From Emiliania huxleyi CCMP1516 (lineage: Eukaryota): a DNA stretch of 64,000 nucleotides. Under the pieces are notes generated by a model, which saw only the letters and a list, made by a program, of their open reading frames with translations, was not told the origin of the DNA and ran no database searches. Positions 22,689-34,698 of the stretch are shown piece by piece (position 1 is the stretch's first letter; the number at the start of each line of letters is the position of its first letter). The stretch lies in assembly GCF_000372725.1 (NCBI RefSeq), contig NW_005201287.1:837081-901080 (forward strand). The letters are read 5' to 3'. Made by a program: the position numbers and the translations under genes.

Positions 22689-24110
22689 ATGTTTGCCCCG
22701 TCGCGCCGCTCGCGCCGCCTCGCGACCGCCGCCACCGCCGCCCCCTCGCCAAGCACGCCGCCGCCCGCCCGCCTCCTCGACCTCCCCACGGAGCTCCTCG
22801 TTCGCGCCCTCTCTCACTGCAGCCCCGCCCACATCGCTCGCGTCGCGGCCGTCTCGCTCCTCTTTCACTCCTCGCTTGCAGAGGATGGCATCCGCTTGCG
22901 CCTGCAAGAGGCCGGCTACGAGCTGCCGGCGCAGCCCGAGGGCGAGAGCTGCGCCGTCCGGTGGCTGTGCGTTTCGGCGCTGCTGTGCGAGTCCAACCTG
23001 CCGGCGAGGGCGGCGGCAGGCGATCTGTACAGCGTCTTCATCGACGGCGAGGGGCGGCTCTCGTCGTGTGGCTCGACGGAAGAGGACTTCCAGGCCGCCC
23101 TCGGTCACGGCGAGGGCGTGACACAGCTCCGCACGCCGACCCGCCTCCCGTCGACGCTGGGCGACGAGCGCGCGGTGAGCGTGTCAGCTGGAGATTTGCA
23201 CAGCCTGGCTCTCACCGCCGACGGCGCTGTCTGGAGTTGGGGCGAAAGACTCTTGTTGGGCCACGGCGACGAGGAAGATGAGCTTCTGCCGAAGAAGGTC
23301 GAGGCCTTCGCTGGCCAGCGCGTCGTCGCGATTTCGGCAGGGGGCGGCCACAGCCTCGCAATCACTGCCGACGGCGCCGTGTGGAGCTGGGGCTATGGAG
23401 CTTTTAGCAAGCTGGGCCACGGCGACACGCAGAACCAGCTGCTGCCGAAGAAGGTCGAGACCTTCGTTGGCCAGCGTGTCCTCGCTGTGTCGGCGGGAGG
23501 CGACCACAGCCTCGCCATCACCGCCGACGGCGCCGTCTGGAGCTGGGGCTATGGAAGCATTGGCCAGCTGGGCCACGGCGACAAGCAGAATCAGCAGCTG
23601 CCGAAGAAGGTCGAGGCCTTGGCGGAGCAGCGCGTCGTCGCTGTGTCGGCAGGAGGCGGGCACAGCCTCGCCATCACCGCCGACGGCAGCGCCTGGAGCT
23701 GGGGCTGGGGATGCCGAGGCCAGCTGGGCCACGGCGACGAGCAGAACCAGCTGCTGCCCAAAAAGATCGAGGCGTTGGCTGGCCAGCGCGTCCTCTCTGT
23801 GTCATCTGCAGGCGAACACAGCCTGGTCATCACCGCCGACGGTGCCGTCTGGAGCTGGGGCTGTGGAGCCTTTGGCAGGCTGGGCCACGGCGACCAGCAG
23901 AACCAGCTACTGCCCAAGAAGGTCGAGGCCTTTGCTGACCAGCGCGTCGTGACTGTGTCGGCTGCATCCATGCATAGCCTCGCCGTCACCGCCGACGGCG
24001 CTGTCTTTGCCTGGGGAGAGGCCGAGCACGGCTGCCTAGGCCACGGAGAGGACCTGTCGAACCAGCTGCTCCCCAAGAAGATCGAGGTGTGGGAGGCGGG
24101 ACCACAGTGA
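22689..24110 (+). CDS. F-box-like + RCC1-repeat protein, intronless
   Basis: RLLDLPTELLVRALSHC (F-box-like), then about 7 repeats of VSAGxxHSLAITADGAVWSWGxGxxGQLGHGD. Confidence 0.93.
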   Translation: MFAPSRRSRRLATAATAAPSPSTPPPARLLDLPTELLVRALSHCSPAHIARVAAVSLLFHSSLAEDGIRLRLQEAGYELPAQPEGESCAVRWLCVSALLCESNLPARAAAGDLYSVFIDGEGRLSSCGSTEEDFQAALGHGEGVTQLRTPTRLPSTLGDERAVSVSAGDLHSLALTADGAVWSWGERLLLGHGDEEDELLPKKVEAFAGQRVVAISAGGGHSLAITADGAVWSWGYGAFSKLGHGDTQNQLLPKKVETFVGQRVLAVSAGGDHSLAITADGAVWSWGYGSIGQLGHGDKQNQQLPKKVEALAEQRVVAVSAGGGHSLAITADGSAWSWGWGCRGQLGHGDEQNQLLPKKIEALAGQRVLSVSSAGEHSLVITADGAVWSWGCGAFGRLGHGDQQNQLLPKKVEAFADQRVVTVSAASMHSLAVTADGAVFAWGEAEHGCLGHGEDLSNQLLPKKIEVWEAGPQ

Positions 24111-25835
24111 GAGCTTGTAATCGTTTGCACATCGATGCAAGCCCTGTTCTCGGTCCTCGCCCTCGCTCCACGCTTGCTCGCGTCGCCCCCCCGCTCGCGG
24201 TGGCGGTAACGGCGGGAGGAGCGCAGCGTGTGCGAGTCAGGTGCGAGTGCTGACGCCAGCTCTTCTCCTCTCCCCTCCCGTGCTCTGCTCCCCTCCCCTC
24301 CCTGGTACTCTCGAGCATATGTTCGGAGCGTCTGTCGGAGCAGGCGCTAGGGAAACTCTCCCCCGGAGGCGGATGGGGATGGGTTGGCGCCGCGCCGCCG
24401 CCGCCGTGCCGCCTTCTCTCCCTCTGACTGGCACCCACACACAGAGGCTGGGTGAGGGAGGAAAGAATCATCGGTCCACGTTAACATATGTGGATGTGGA
24501 TGTGCATGCCACGGCGTCGCGTGCTGAGAGCGGTGAGGACTGAGGTGTCCCTTGTTTCTTTTTGTCAAAATGTCCCCTTTCCTACCGATTCTGAGGCACA
24601 CGCGACACGGCGTGAAAAACCGCGCGCGAACCACGAACAGAGTTACCCTCGTGCCTCGTCCCCTGCGCTGGTTTCACGTGCTTCTCCCAGCGCCCGTCCG
24701 CCCGCTCCACCCGCTGCGAGAGCGAGACCACCTACTCTCCCGCCCCCAACATCCACACGCTTGAGTTTGCAAACACGCTTGAATACGCCAACACCGCTGT
24801 CGCCGAGCAGCGTCCCCATGCCTGAATCGCGCGGAAAGGAGGGCGAGTTCCGGCCTCTCAAATCGCCCTGAGGCAGGGTGAGAGGATGTCGAGGCGCAGC
24901 TCGTCTGCTTGATCAGCTGCCAGAGCCGCGGAGCGCTGCCTACGAGCGTGTGAGAGCGGTTTCTTTTGCGAGACACCTGGGCGTTGCCGGCTGAATGGGG
25001 CACGAGGGCTTGAGTCAGAAGACGCGCAAAGAGGTGGCGTGCCTCATTGGAGGTTCATCTTCGCGCCCCCGATGATCCACTAGACGATGCTGACTAGATG
25101 GCTTAGTAGTGTGGATGGATGGCTTGGCAAGGTGTGGCAGTGTATAACTCAAAATGGGGCTCGGTAAGTAGACAAGTTACCATTCTTACTGCAGTGTGTC
25201 ACATGACCACGCGACGCCTCCGCCGGTGGCTCTGCGAGCGCGACCGAGCCGACCGCACCTGCCACGTCGCGACCCGGACATCGCCGGATGCCGAAGGTCG
25301 AAAATGGAAACCGAGCTGACCCCCTAATTCGGTGATTTTTTCTGTATGAATTCCCGGGTCGCGCGCCGAACCCCCCTCCCCCCCAGGAAGTAACTTTGGG
25401 GTAAGGTCCCACGCCTTACCTAGATGCTAGAAAAGCAAAGACGAATTGGCTCACAACAGTCTTCGCCGGACACCGGTCACCGCACCACATCCACCAAATG
25501 GTTGTTTGTTTCATAGCTCCTACTACGTGGTTAGTAAGGGGGGAGAGACGGGTGCGCCACGGTGCGCCACCTGTGCGCTACCTGTGCGCCGGACGAGAGA
25601 GAGGGAGAAGAACGAGAAGAGGGAGATCCTGGATAGAGTTTCAGAGAGACAGTGCGAGGGAGGGGCAAGGTGCACAAGAAGGCGCACGGGAGCGGCCATG
25701 GCGACGGTGGGGCTGTTGCTTGCGGGCCTGAAGGCGTCGCTGCGCGCGCGAGGCTGACAGGAAAAGGCGCGGCTGCGGTCGCACGAGCTCATGCGCAAGA
25801 AGATACCGGCGGGCGCGATACGTCGTACATTAGTT

Positions 25836-26855
25836 TTACAACTTGAAGCTTGTGTTGACATTGACACAAGCACTCGCCATTGCCGAGCCTCGGCAGGCCA
25901 TGCACTTATTAAAATCTGGTGATGGCTCACAGCGGCTGCCGTTCACCCAACTATAGTACACTGCCATCTTACTGGGCGGGAGTGGCTGAGCTTTCGACTT
26001 GAGCCAGAGGTAACGGACGTCCCACAGCTCGGCTGTGCCACGGAGCGAGGTGAATCCACCTTGCATGAGAATGATGGTGTCCCAGGCGATGCCATGCAGC
26101 CGTGCCCGCTCGAGGAGTACATGGTTGAGCGGGTCCAAGGCTTGGTCATCACGGTTGAGCACGTAAGACAGCGCCCTTGCACGCCGTGCGCACGATGCAT
26201 TGCAAACCATGGCCGAATCTATCGGGGCGAGTAAGCTACACCTAGTGCTAAGATCCGTGCCGAACATTCCTCGGCTCGCATCATGCAGCACCTGAGGCAG
26301 CGTCACGAGGCTCCGATTCCGTCGGCCACTCGAATCGAGTTCCTGATAGTAATGAGCGACGTTCACGTGCCGAGTAAAGTGCACTCTTCGCATCACCTCT
26401 TGAGCCCACCAGCGGTGGTAACGCATCAGGAGCACACTGATTCGAGTTGCTGCCAACATGTCAGCACCAGCCTGGTCAGCACCAACGATAGGCTGCCGCC
26501 GTTGCTGCTCGAGCAGGAATGTCAGGTGAATCCGATTAGTGGCGACCAGACTCTTTCCAACCTCCCATGCGAGGTCAGAGCAACCTGGGGCAATGTAGAA
26601 CCATGTACCCACCTCTACTCCACGGACCGCAACATGAGTCACTGGCAAGAGCGAGTGGTCAACGAACATCCGCGCGGTCAGGCACGAACGGTTATACAAG
26701 TACTCGACTCCTGGAGGTAGTCCCCACTTGCGATAGCCACATCGCCGGCATTGGACGCATTGCGCGGGAAGCTGCGACGCCTCGTGTCGAAGCTTGATCG
26801 ACATGTCACCTGAAAGTTGAGCGAAGAATGGCTCATTCGGTATCGATAAAGTCAA
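25836..26855 (-). CDS. Hypothetical protein, intronless
   Basis: 339-aa ORF of complex composition (GTWFYIAPGCSDL, DTIILMQ, AELWDVR, Cys-rich end); start uncertain. Confidence 0.5.
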   Translation of the reverse strand: MTLSIPNEPFFAQLSGDMSIKLRHEASQLPAQCVQCRRCGYRKWGLPPGVEYLYNRSCLTARMFVDHSLLPVTHVAVRGVEVGTWFYIAPGCSDLAWEVGKSLVATNRIHLTFLLEQQRRQPIVGADQAGADMLAATRISVLLMRYHRWWAQEVMRRVHFTRHVNVAHYYQELDSSGRRNRSLVTLPQVLHDASRGMFGTDLSTRCSLLAPIDSAMVCNASCARRARALSYVLNRDDQALDPLNHVLLERARLHGIAWDTIILMQGGFTSLRGTAELWDVRYLWLKSKAQPLPPSKMAVYYSWVNGSRCEPSPDFNKCMACRGSAMASACVNVNTSFKL

Positions 26856-26921
26856 CTACCAGGTAAACTTTATGAGCAAACGGGCGCCGCCCGCCGCCGT
26901 TTTCCGGCGGGCTAAAACGAT

Positions 26922-28990
26922 ATGATGAGGGCGTCCTTGGTTTGCCTCTTCTCCACGTTCGTTTCATCGGCGAATTCTGCCACTGGAGGCTACTGTAGCG
27001 TCAAGCACTGGGTAAACATTTCGTACTACGGCGTCGAGTTGGAGATGACTGAGGGGCCGGTGGTGGGAGAGGGGCCTTCCACTACGCGTCCATTCAACTT
27101 CCCTGGAGGGAGCGCGCGTTTCAAGCGTACAGGACATGTCAATGGGCAATATTTCGACACGCTTATTACGGTGAAGCCAGCCGAGTTTCTTCAGGTCGAC
27201 GTCAGTTACGAGGACCCCACGTACTATTCTGTGCATGCAACGACGACGGTGAACGGCATGGCATGCCTCTATGCGGGAGTCTTGCCTTCCACTTGCACCG
27301 ACTCCGAAAACCAGGTGGATACACTGACGGCATCTTGCCCGGCGGGCGATCTCACCCGGATGAAAGGGACAGCGTTCAGTATGGCATTCGTGCGCAGCGG
27401 CACCAATCAGCTGATGCCATCCTTTGATGAAGTCTTTGCCACCTTTTACGGTGAGTACCATCCTTCACATCACTGAGTTTCGGCCGCACACACGCTGAGG
27501 CAGACACCGTAGCCTTTTACGTAGGGCTGCCCGAGCTTCTCATGTCAAGCCCACCCCACCCCTCGCGTCGGCTACTCTTCACGCATGACTGATCCACACG
27601 CGCTTAATCAATTTCTGATCGATCATTCGGGTCAGGAAGCACCACCCGAGTAGCTGCGGTAAGTCGCGTGAGGCCCGTCTTCAAATTGTGCCTCGTCCCG
27701 AAAAAGTGATGGCCTCCTTAGAACGCTTGCGCCTCGCGGTGATACACTGCCTGCAGCCCTCTAGTTCACCATTCGCTTTCCGTATCCGTCGCGCTTGTAG
27801 ATGTGGACGGCGAGCAGTCTAACCCTGCGGGGAGCGGCGCCCTTTTCGAGCTTGTCGCGGTGGCAAACAGCGACGATATGGTCGTCGCGCCTGACTCTAC
27901 GCTCGAGCCTGGCACATTACCAATCTATTCTGAAGAAGGCATTCGCGAGGCGCAGTACGCCATCTCGGTTGCATCACTGAACGTCCCCAGTCCAATCAGC
28001 GCGATCAACCCCGGCTCAGAAGCTGCGAAGAGGGCGATTGCGAGCTTCATGCTGACGAGTGCATCACAGATCGACTTCTTATTCGCAGGGCGCTCCTCCT
28101 ATCGCGTGCTCCAACACCGAGGCTTCTGCTTCTCTCACTACGCCATTACGACGCTCGGCATACCGTGCGTGGAACGGCACCCGCCCTTGGGACCGCCACC
28201 TCCACAGCCGCCTCTCCGACCTCCGCCCGTACCTACGCAACCTCCGCCTCTCTGGCCACCTTCGCCCTCCCCTCCATGGGCACCTCCTAACGTGCCGTCA
28301 CCTTCGAAGCCACCGCCTCCTAGCCCGCCCTCGTCACCACCCTCATCACCGCCCTCAGTTCCGCCATCGCATCCGCCACTACCCCCACCGCAACCCCCAC
28401 CGCTGCCCCCACCGCTGACCCCACCGCCGTCAACTCCGCCGCTGCCGCCGCCAACACTTCCGCCGGCACCGCCACCGTTGATGCCACCGTCGCCGCCACC
28501 ATCGCCTCCACCGCTGTCGCCGCCGCCCGCACGGCCGCCTTATCAGCCACCCCTAGCACCGCCCTTGTCGCCCCCTTCACAACCACCTTCACCGCTGCCA
28601 TCGTCGCCACCGCCGCCACCGCCGCCTCCGTCATCACCGCCCTTATCACCGCCCTCACCCTCACCGCCGTCACCGTCTCTACCACCACCGTCGCCGTTAC
28701 CGCTGCCACCTGGCCCGTCGCCACCGCCACCATCGCCATCTCCACCGCCACCATCGCCGCCGCCTCCTTGTCCCTCACCGCCGCCGCCATCGCCATCTCC
28801 ACCGCCACCATCGCCGCCGCCTCCTTATGAGAGGCTTTGTGGTTGGTGCATTACCCTAGTAGTATCCCCAGCTATGGGCGTGTGTCCACGTTGGAGCCAG
28901 GTGTGTGCGTTCCTCTCACTCTGCCAACACGCAACACGGCGCCCCGCGCGCGTTCCCGATCCCGTCGACGTTGCCCTTCCTGTACCCTGA
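26922..28990 (+). CDS. Secreted protein with long Ser/Pro-rich (extensin-like) stalk; exons 26922-27450 and 27801-28990
   Basis: Signal peptide; GTGAGT donor at 27451 and TAG acceptor at 27800 join TFY|DVDG in frame; SPPPP repeats at about 28180-28825. Confidence 0.75.
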
Positions 28991-29322
28991 TCTTGCAAAA
29001 CAAAACACAAAAAGCTCTCTCTCTCTGATCTTGCAGTCTTGCTCTGCACAAGCGACAAGGTGCGAAAACCCTGTCCTTTTCCCTAGCGTAGCCTTTTCCC
29101 GTCCCACAGACCGCGCCGTAATGACGCGTAGCCCGTAGCAAACCAGCAATACCGTTACGATATGAACAAAGAATGCTCATCACTTGTCATGACACCGGTA
29201 TATGCAATACATGGATGCTATCCTCTCTCCCGCTGTGTGCCTATCGGAGTCGTCGCCTGGCAGAGAGAGCGCGCAGACACTTGTTGCTGGATGCTGCGTG
29301 TCGTGGAGGCTGCGCTGTTCTG

Positions 29323-30126
29323 TCAAGCACACCAGGTGCCCGAGAGCTCGCACCACATGTCGCAGAGCTGCGGCACCTGGCACGTGAGCTCTGGTGCCCA
29401 GGCGCCGCAACGCCGCAGGCACACGTTATCGGTGGCGTGGACCCGCAGCTGCCGCGCTCCCATGTACGACGTGAAGGCCTCAAAGTAGGTCGGGTGGGGC
29501 GAGCCATCCTCTCTCACGACGCGCGTCAGGATGTAGCTCACGCGTGCGCCTCCAACCGGTCCATCCGCGGCAAACACGGTGTCCCTCCGCCAGCGGTCCT
29601 TGTCGAGCTTTGTGATGAGCCACTGGTCGTCAGGGCTGGTCGCCCTCAGCATGCCGTGCGTTGCGTTGCCAAAGGTCATGTGGATCGGCGTGTCCACCTC
29701 ATCGGCGGCGTTAAAGATGCGCCCAGCGTACGAGTTAAAGGTGTCGGTGTAGGCCCAGTGATGCATCCGATTGTATGCGAGGCCGATCTCAGCTGGCAGT
29801 GTCGAAGAGTTGCTCGATGCGTCGGCAAAGGTCATGAGCTCCTCGAATGCCCCGTGTGCGTACAGCTTGACCGCCGGGTTCTCCCAGGAAAGATCTCCGC
29901 GCTCGGAGTCGTCGAGGGGCTGGTATCGAATCCACCACACACCGCCTAGGTCGAGCACGGGCGGGGAGAGCAGGTTGGACGCGTCACCGACCACGACTGG
30001 CGGTGTCAGCCCATCCATAATCGCGGTCGACGGAATCACCTGCTCCGCCGTGTAAGTGGCCACGCCGCACTCCCTCGCCGCGGCGACTCCTGCGAGCATG
30101 TACTGGAGCTTGACCAGGCTGCGCAT
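29323..30126 (-). CDS. Hypothetical secreted protein with Cys-rich tail
   Basis: 267-aa ORF with ATG start and signal-like N-terminus; no family recognised. Confidence 0.55.
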   Translation of the reverse strand: MRSLVKLQYMLAGVAAARECGVATYTAEQVIPSTAIMDGLTPPVVVGDASNLLSPPVLDLGGVWWIRYQPLDDSERGDLSWENPAVKLYAHGAFEELMTFADASSNSSTLPAEIGLAYNRMHHWAYTDTFNSYAGRIFNAADEVDTPIHMTFGNATHGMLRATSPDDQWLITKLDKDRWRRDTVFAADGPVGGARVSYILTRVVREDGSPHPTYFEAFTSYMGARQLRVHATDNVCLRRCGAWAPELTCQVPQLCDMWCELSGTWCA

Positions 30127-30890
30127 GGTTCTTGGACAGATAAGGTTCGGCAGTCACCACCGCACGGCCGCTTCACCTTGTTGTGGTGGCGCTTCCGCTG
30201 GTGCTGAGTTATTTCTTTTTCGGCGGCTCCCGTGGGTACCTGTTAGTGCCAGTGCGCGCCAGTCCCGCGCCCAGTGTCGTGCGAGGGAGCCACCAAACGA
30301 GGGTTAGAGCACCAAACGAGGGTTGACACGACGACGACGAGGACAGACAGGGTCCCCACCTTTGCAGGATTTTGCAAAAGCGAGGGGCAGGGGGGAGGGC
30401 GCATCGCCGCGCGGAGAGGGCTGGGCACAGGGCACAGGGGATCTCTCTCGCATAGGATATGCACTCGGCGGCACGGGGGCAAGGCTGGGCGTCCTATGTT
30501 TGTGCTCCCCCCCGGACCCCTCGCTCTCGGGCACTAACCATCTGACCACTCATCGACGGGGCTTGGCGAGCGGCCGCGCTGCGGGGGCAGGGCTGGTGAG
30601 GATGGGCTCTGGCCACTCGCCCGTGCGGTTGTAACCGCGCATCAGCCGAACGGAGGCCTCGACCGCCCCTCGCGGCAAGCTCTCGAGCATCTCGAGCAGC
30701 TCGCCCGCCGCCATCGCCGCCTCGAACTGCTCCCTCGGACCGCCTCCTGCTGCACCTCGTCCGGCGTATCGGTTTCATAGCCGGACGAGTCAGCGGAGGC
30801 GGCCCGCTTGGCGGGCGGAGAGTCGGGCGACGGCGTGTAAAGAAAGAAAAAGAGACCAGCCTTTTTGTCGTTCACCGCCGCCTGCGCTAA

Positions 30891-32106
30891 ATGCTCCGAC
30901 GCGCGCTCACGCTCGCTCTGATGGCGCTCGTGGGCCTCGTCGCCGTCAGCGCGCGTCGCATCAATCGCGCGCGGCGCCAGGCTTGCGCGATGGCGCTGGG
31001 GTCTCCGCGAGAGTTTGCTGGCCTCACGCTGAACGCAGATCACGTCGTCTCCACCTCGCCCTGCGGCCTCGCTGTGGCCTACGGCGGGCTGCGGCCGGTG
31101 CTCCCAGGCCACACGATTGTGGCGCCGACGCGCCGCGTCGAGCGCTTTGCCCAGCTGCAGGACGATGAGCTGCAGGCCATCGTCCGGCTGGCGCTCTCGG
31201 TGCAGCGGCAGGTGGGCTCGCACCTGAACGCGACGGCCTTCAACCTGGCGCTCAAGGACGGCAAGGGCGCCGGCCAGCCGGTCCCCCACCTCCACCTGCA
31301 CGTCGTCCCGCGCACGGCCGGAGACCTGGCGGTCAACGACGAGGTCTACGGGCGGATCGACCGCTGGTCCCCGGCCGGCGAGCCGAACGTGGTGCCTCCG
31401 ATGGTGCTTCCGCCCGACGAGGCGCGGCGCGGCGGGGCGGGCGGGTAGGGAAAGGGGGGAGGGAGCGGCCAGAGAGAGGCCACATCTCTGCCTCGCATCC
31501 GGCGCCGCTGAGAGCACAGAGCCCTCTGGGCAGAGAGCCCTCTTGCGCCCTCTGGAGCCCTCTGGCCCCGAGCGAGGCTCGCTCGCGGCGCAGGCGCGGG
31601 CGCCGAGGAGCGAGGCCGAGATGGCGGCCGAGGCGGCGCGGTACGTCTACGTCCGCGGCGAGAGGGGGCCGCCCCTCCCCGCGCCCGTCCTCTTTGGCCG
31701 CTTCGAGCTCGCGCCGACGCAAGTCTTTTACCGCTCTGAGGCGAGACCGGGCCGGGAGACCGGGCCGGGAGGATCGTGACGAGATTGGGTCGAGGTTGAG
31801 TCGAGGCGCAGACCCCCCCCCCCCCCCCTCTCCCCTACCCCCTCCCCGAAGGCGGGCCTCTCCCTGGCGGTCGTCAACCTCAAGCCGCTCTCGCCGGGTC
31901 ACGTGCTGGTCATCCCTCGGAGAGTGGTGGCCACGCTGGCGCAGCTCAACGCCGACGAGCTCGCCGACCTGTGGCGCAGCGCGAGGGAGGTACACGCGCT
32001 GGTCTGCGGCGTGCACGGCGCCGGAGCGGCCCTCTTTGGAGTGCAGGACGGGCGCGGCGCGGGACAGTCGGTGCCGCACGCACACATCCACATTATCCCA
32101 CGCTGA
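30891..32106 (+). CDS. Tandem HIT-domain (FHIT-like dinucleoside polyphosphate hydrolase) protein, 3 exons
   Basis: Two HIT domains: PVLPGHTIV...KDGKGAGQPVPHLHLHVVPR and PLSPGHVLVIP...QDGRGAGQSVPHAHIHIIPR. Confidence 0.9.
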
Positions 32107-32340
32107 TCGCTGGAACTCTGCGCGCAACTGCGGTCTGCGCGGCCAGTGTGCCAGACATGAAGGAAACAACAACAACTGACCACATATATCACATATGACA
32201 TAAAGTTACGAGACAATTTTGTGTATGTGCCCCGCGCGGCGGGGCGCGGGCCGAGAAGTCTCAGAGCTCACGGATCCACGGTTCTCTCGTTCACCCAAGG
32301 GCGCCAAGGAAACTCAAAAGTGCCGATTATGTGTCATGTG

Positions 32341-34698
32341 TCAACTGGACACTGAGTCCACATGCTTCACTCCTCTGCTGCACGGCGCGCCGCCCGCGCG
32401 CCACTGCTGCTGCGGCTGGCCGACCGCCGCCGCCGTCTCGACCTCGTGCGGCCGCGGGTCGTCCTCGCCGCCCTGCACGAAGGTCTGCTCTCGAAAGGTG
32501 TAGGCGAACGGCACAAAGGCAACGGCGACCACAAACATGAGAGCCACGAAGAAGCAAAAGTAGGCGACGTCGGACGTGGCGGTGGAGCCGTCGGCGTTGG
32601 TGATGAGCAAGTTGACGAGGGCGGTGAAGAGGTTGCCCAGTGCGGTCGAGGCGAGGAAGAGGGCCATCACCGCCGACTTCATCTTGGTGGGCGCCTGCGT
32701 GTAAGCGAACTCGAGGCCGGTCACCGAGACGAGCACCTCGGCCGAGGTGAGGACGAGGTACGCGAGCAGCTGCAGCCCGATGCTCGGCGCCTCGCCTACG
32801 CGGGGGTCGTGTCGCGCGGGTCGTGGGGCGCGTCGGGGGCGGGGCGGCGGAGGGCGGCGGCTCGCCGGCAGCGATGCGCGTCTCGACGTGGAGCGGCAGC
32901 AGGAAGGAGGCGGCGAGGAGGAAGAGGCCGGCCGAGATCTTGCGCAGCGGCGTCACGCGCACGACGCTGCCCGCGAGGTCATACAAGCCGGGCACGCGGC
33001 GTCCGCCCTGCGGCAGCACAAAGCCGTTGAACGCGGGGACGAGGAGGAGGATGAGCAGAGGGTTGACGCAAGCGACTTGCGACGGCAGCCACTGTACGCC
33101 GAGGAAGGAGCGGTTCATCTTCTCGGCCTGGGAGCGGCGGGGGGGGGAGGGAGGTGGCGGGAGGGAGGAGGCGGGGAGGGAAGTGGCGGCGAGGGAGGTG
33201 GAGGGAGAGCGGAAGCGGCGAGGGAGGCGGCGAGGGAGGCGGCGAGGGAGGCGGCGAGGGAGTCAAAAGCCGCTCGCCTGCAGCACCCACGCGCTGCCCG
33301 TCTGGTCGTACAGGCTCCAAAAGGCGGAGAAGAAGGCGAAGAGGGGGAGGAGCTTGGCGAGCGCCGCCCGCCCCGTCGCGCCGCACGCCTCGCGCACGAA
33401 GCCGGCGCCTAGAGGCGTCCCCGACCCGCTCTCACCCTCCCACCGCCCGCCGCCCGCAGCCCCCGAGGGGCGTGGCGTGCCCGCGGGAGGGATGTGGAGG
33501 TGATTGGGGAGATATGGGGAGATATGGGGAGATATGGGGAGATATGGGGAGATGTGGGGGGATATGGGGAGATATGGGGAGATATGGGGAGATATGGGGA
33601 GATATGGCGTGCCCGCGGGAGGGATGTGCGCGTAGGAGGTGCGGCCGAGCCACATCGCGAGCGTGGAGGCGGCCATAAGCAAGCCGGGCACCCCGAAGGC
33701 GACGTGCGGCCCCGCGTGCTCCAGCAGGGCGGGCGTGGCGAGGGTGGAGAGGAAGGCGCCTACCGCTCGATCATTGGTTCACGAGCAATGCTCCCCGCGG
33801 GGCGTGCCCGTGCAGAGGGAGGCGCCTGCGTTGATGGCGAGGTAGAAGGCGGCGAAGGTCGGGGCGAGCAGCGGCTGGTTGGCGGCGCAGAACTGGTCGC
33901 CGAGCACCGCGGAGACGCACGGCTTGATGCCTGCAGGAATGGCTCCGAGACGGTGCAGGGAAGGGTCTGTGAGAGCACCGCGGAGATCGCCGGTCGACGC
34001 CTCCCGCGCCGACAGCGATGAGCAGCAGCCCCAGCCCAAACAGGAACGGCATCTGAGGCGACGAAGGTGCCGCCGCCGCCGCCGCCGCTGCCGCACTCGC
34101 CCCGGCCGACGGCGCGTGGTGTGCCTGGCTGAGGGAGAGGGCGAGGTGGCCTCCGCAGTAGGCGTACGAAAAGTACCTGCAGAGGGCGAGTCGGCGGTCC
34201 CACGCCTCGGCTGCTGCTCTGGTGCTGGCTTCTCGCCCTTCCCTCCTCCTCCTTGCTCTCTCCTCCACTGCCGCTCTCCTCCACTGCCGCTCTCCCAAGG
34301 CCCGCCTCGCCTCCCCTCTACTGCCCGCGCATGATTGTGCGGTACTTTCCGAGGACCGTCTCGGCGAGCAGCGCGCCGCAGAGAGGGAAGAAGTAGCACG
34401 CGGCGGTGAAGGCGTGGTAGTACTCGCGCGCGAGCGCGTCACTCATCCCTAAGTCATGCGTGAAGAAGATGACCAGGATCGCCTTCATCCCGTAGTAGGA
34501 GAACCGCTCCGCGCCCTCGTTGACGATGATGTACGGGATGCCGGGCGGGAGCGTTCGCCGATTGAGCGGGTACGTTCGGAACGCGCCGGCGGCGGCGGAC
34601 GCGCCCGGATACGTCACGCCATCGGGCCGAACGGAGGATTCAGACGAGCTGGCAGAGGCGGCGTCGGAGCCGCCGGCGCCGTCGCCGCGCAGAAGCAT
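32341..34698 (-). CDS. POT/PTR family proton-dependent oligopeptide transporter (multi-exon)
   Basis: ExxERFxYY signature (NEGAERFSYYGMKAIL); GKYRTI; GGIKPCVSA..GDQF; FWSLYDQTGSAW; GLEFAYTQAPTKMKS. Confidence 0.93.
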
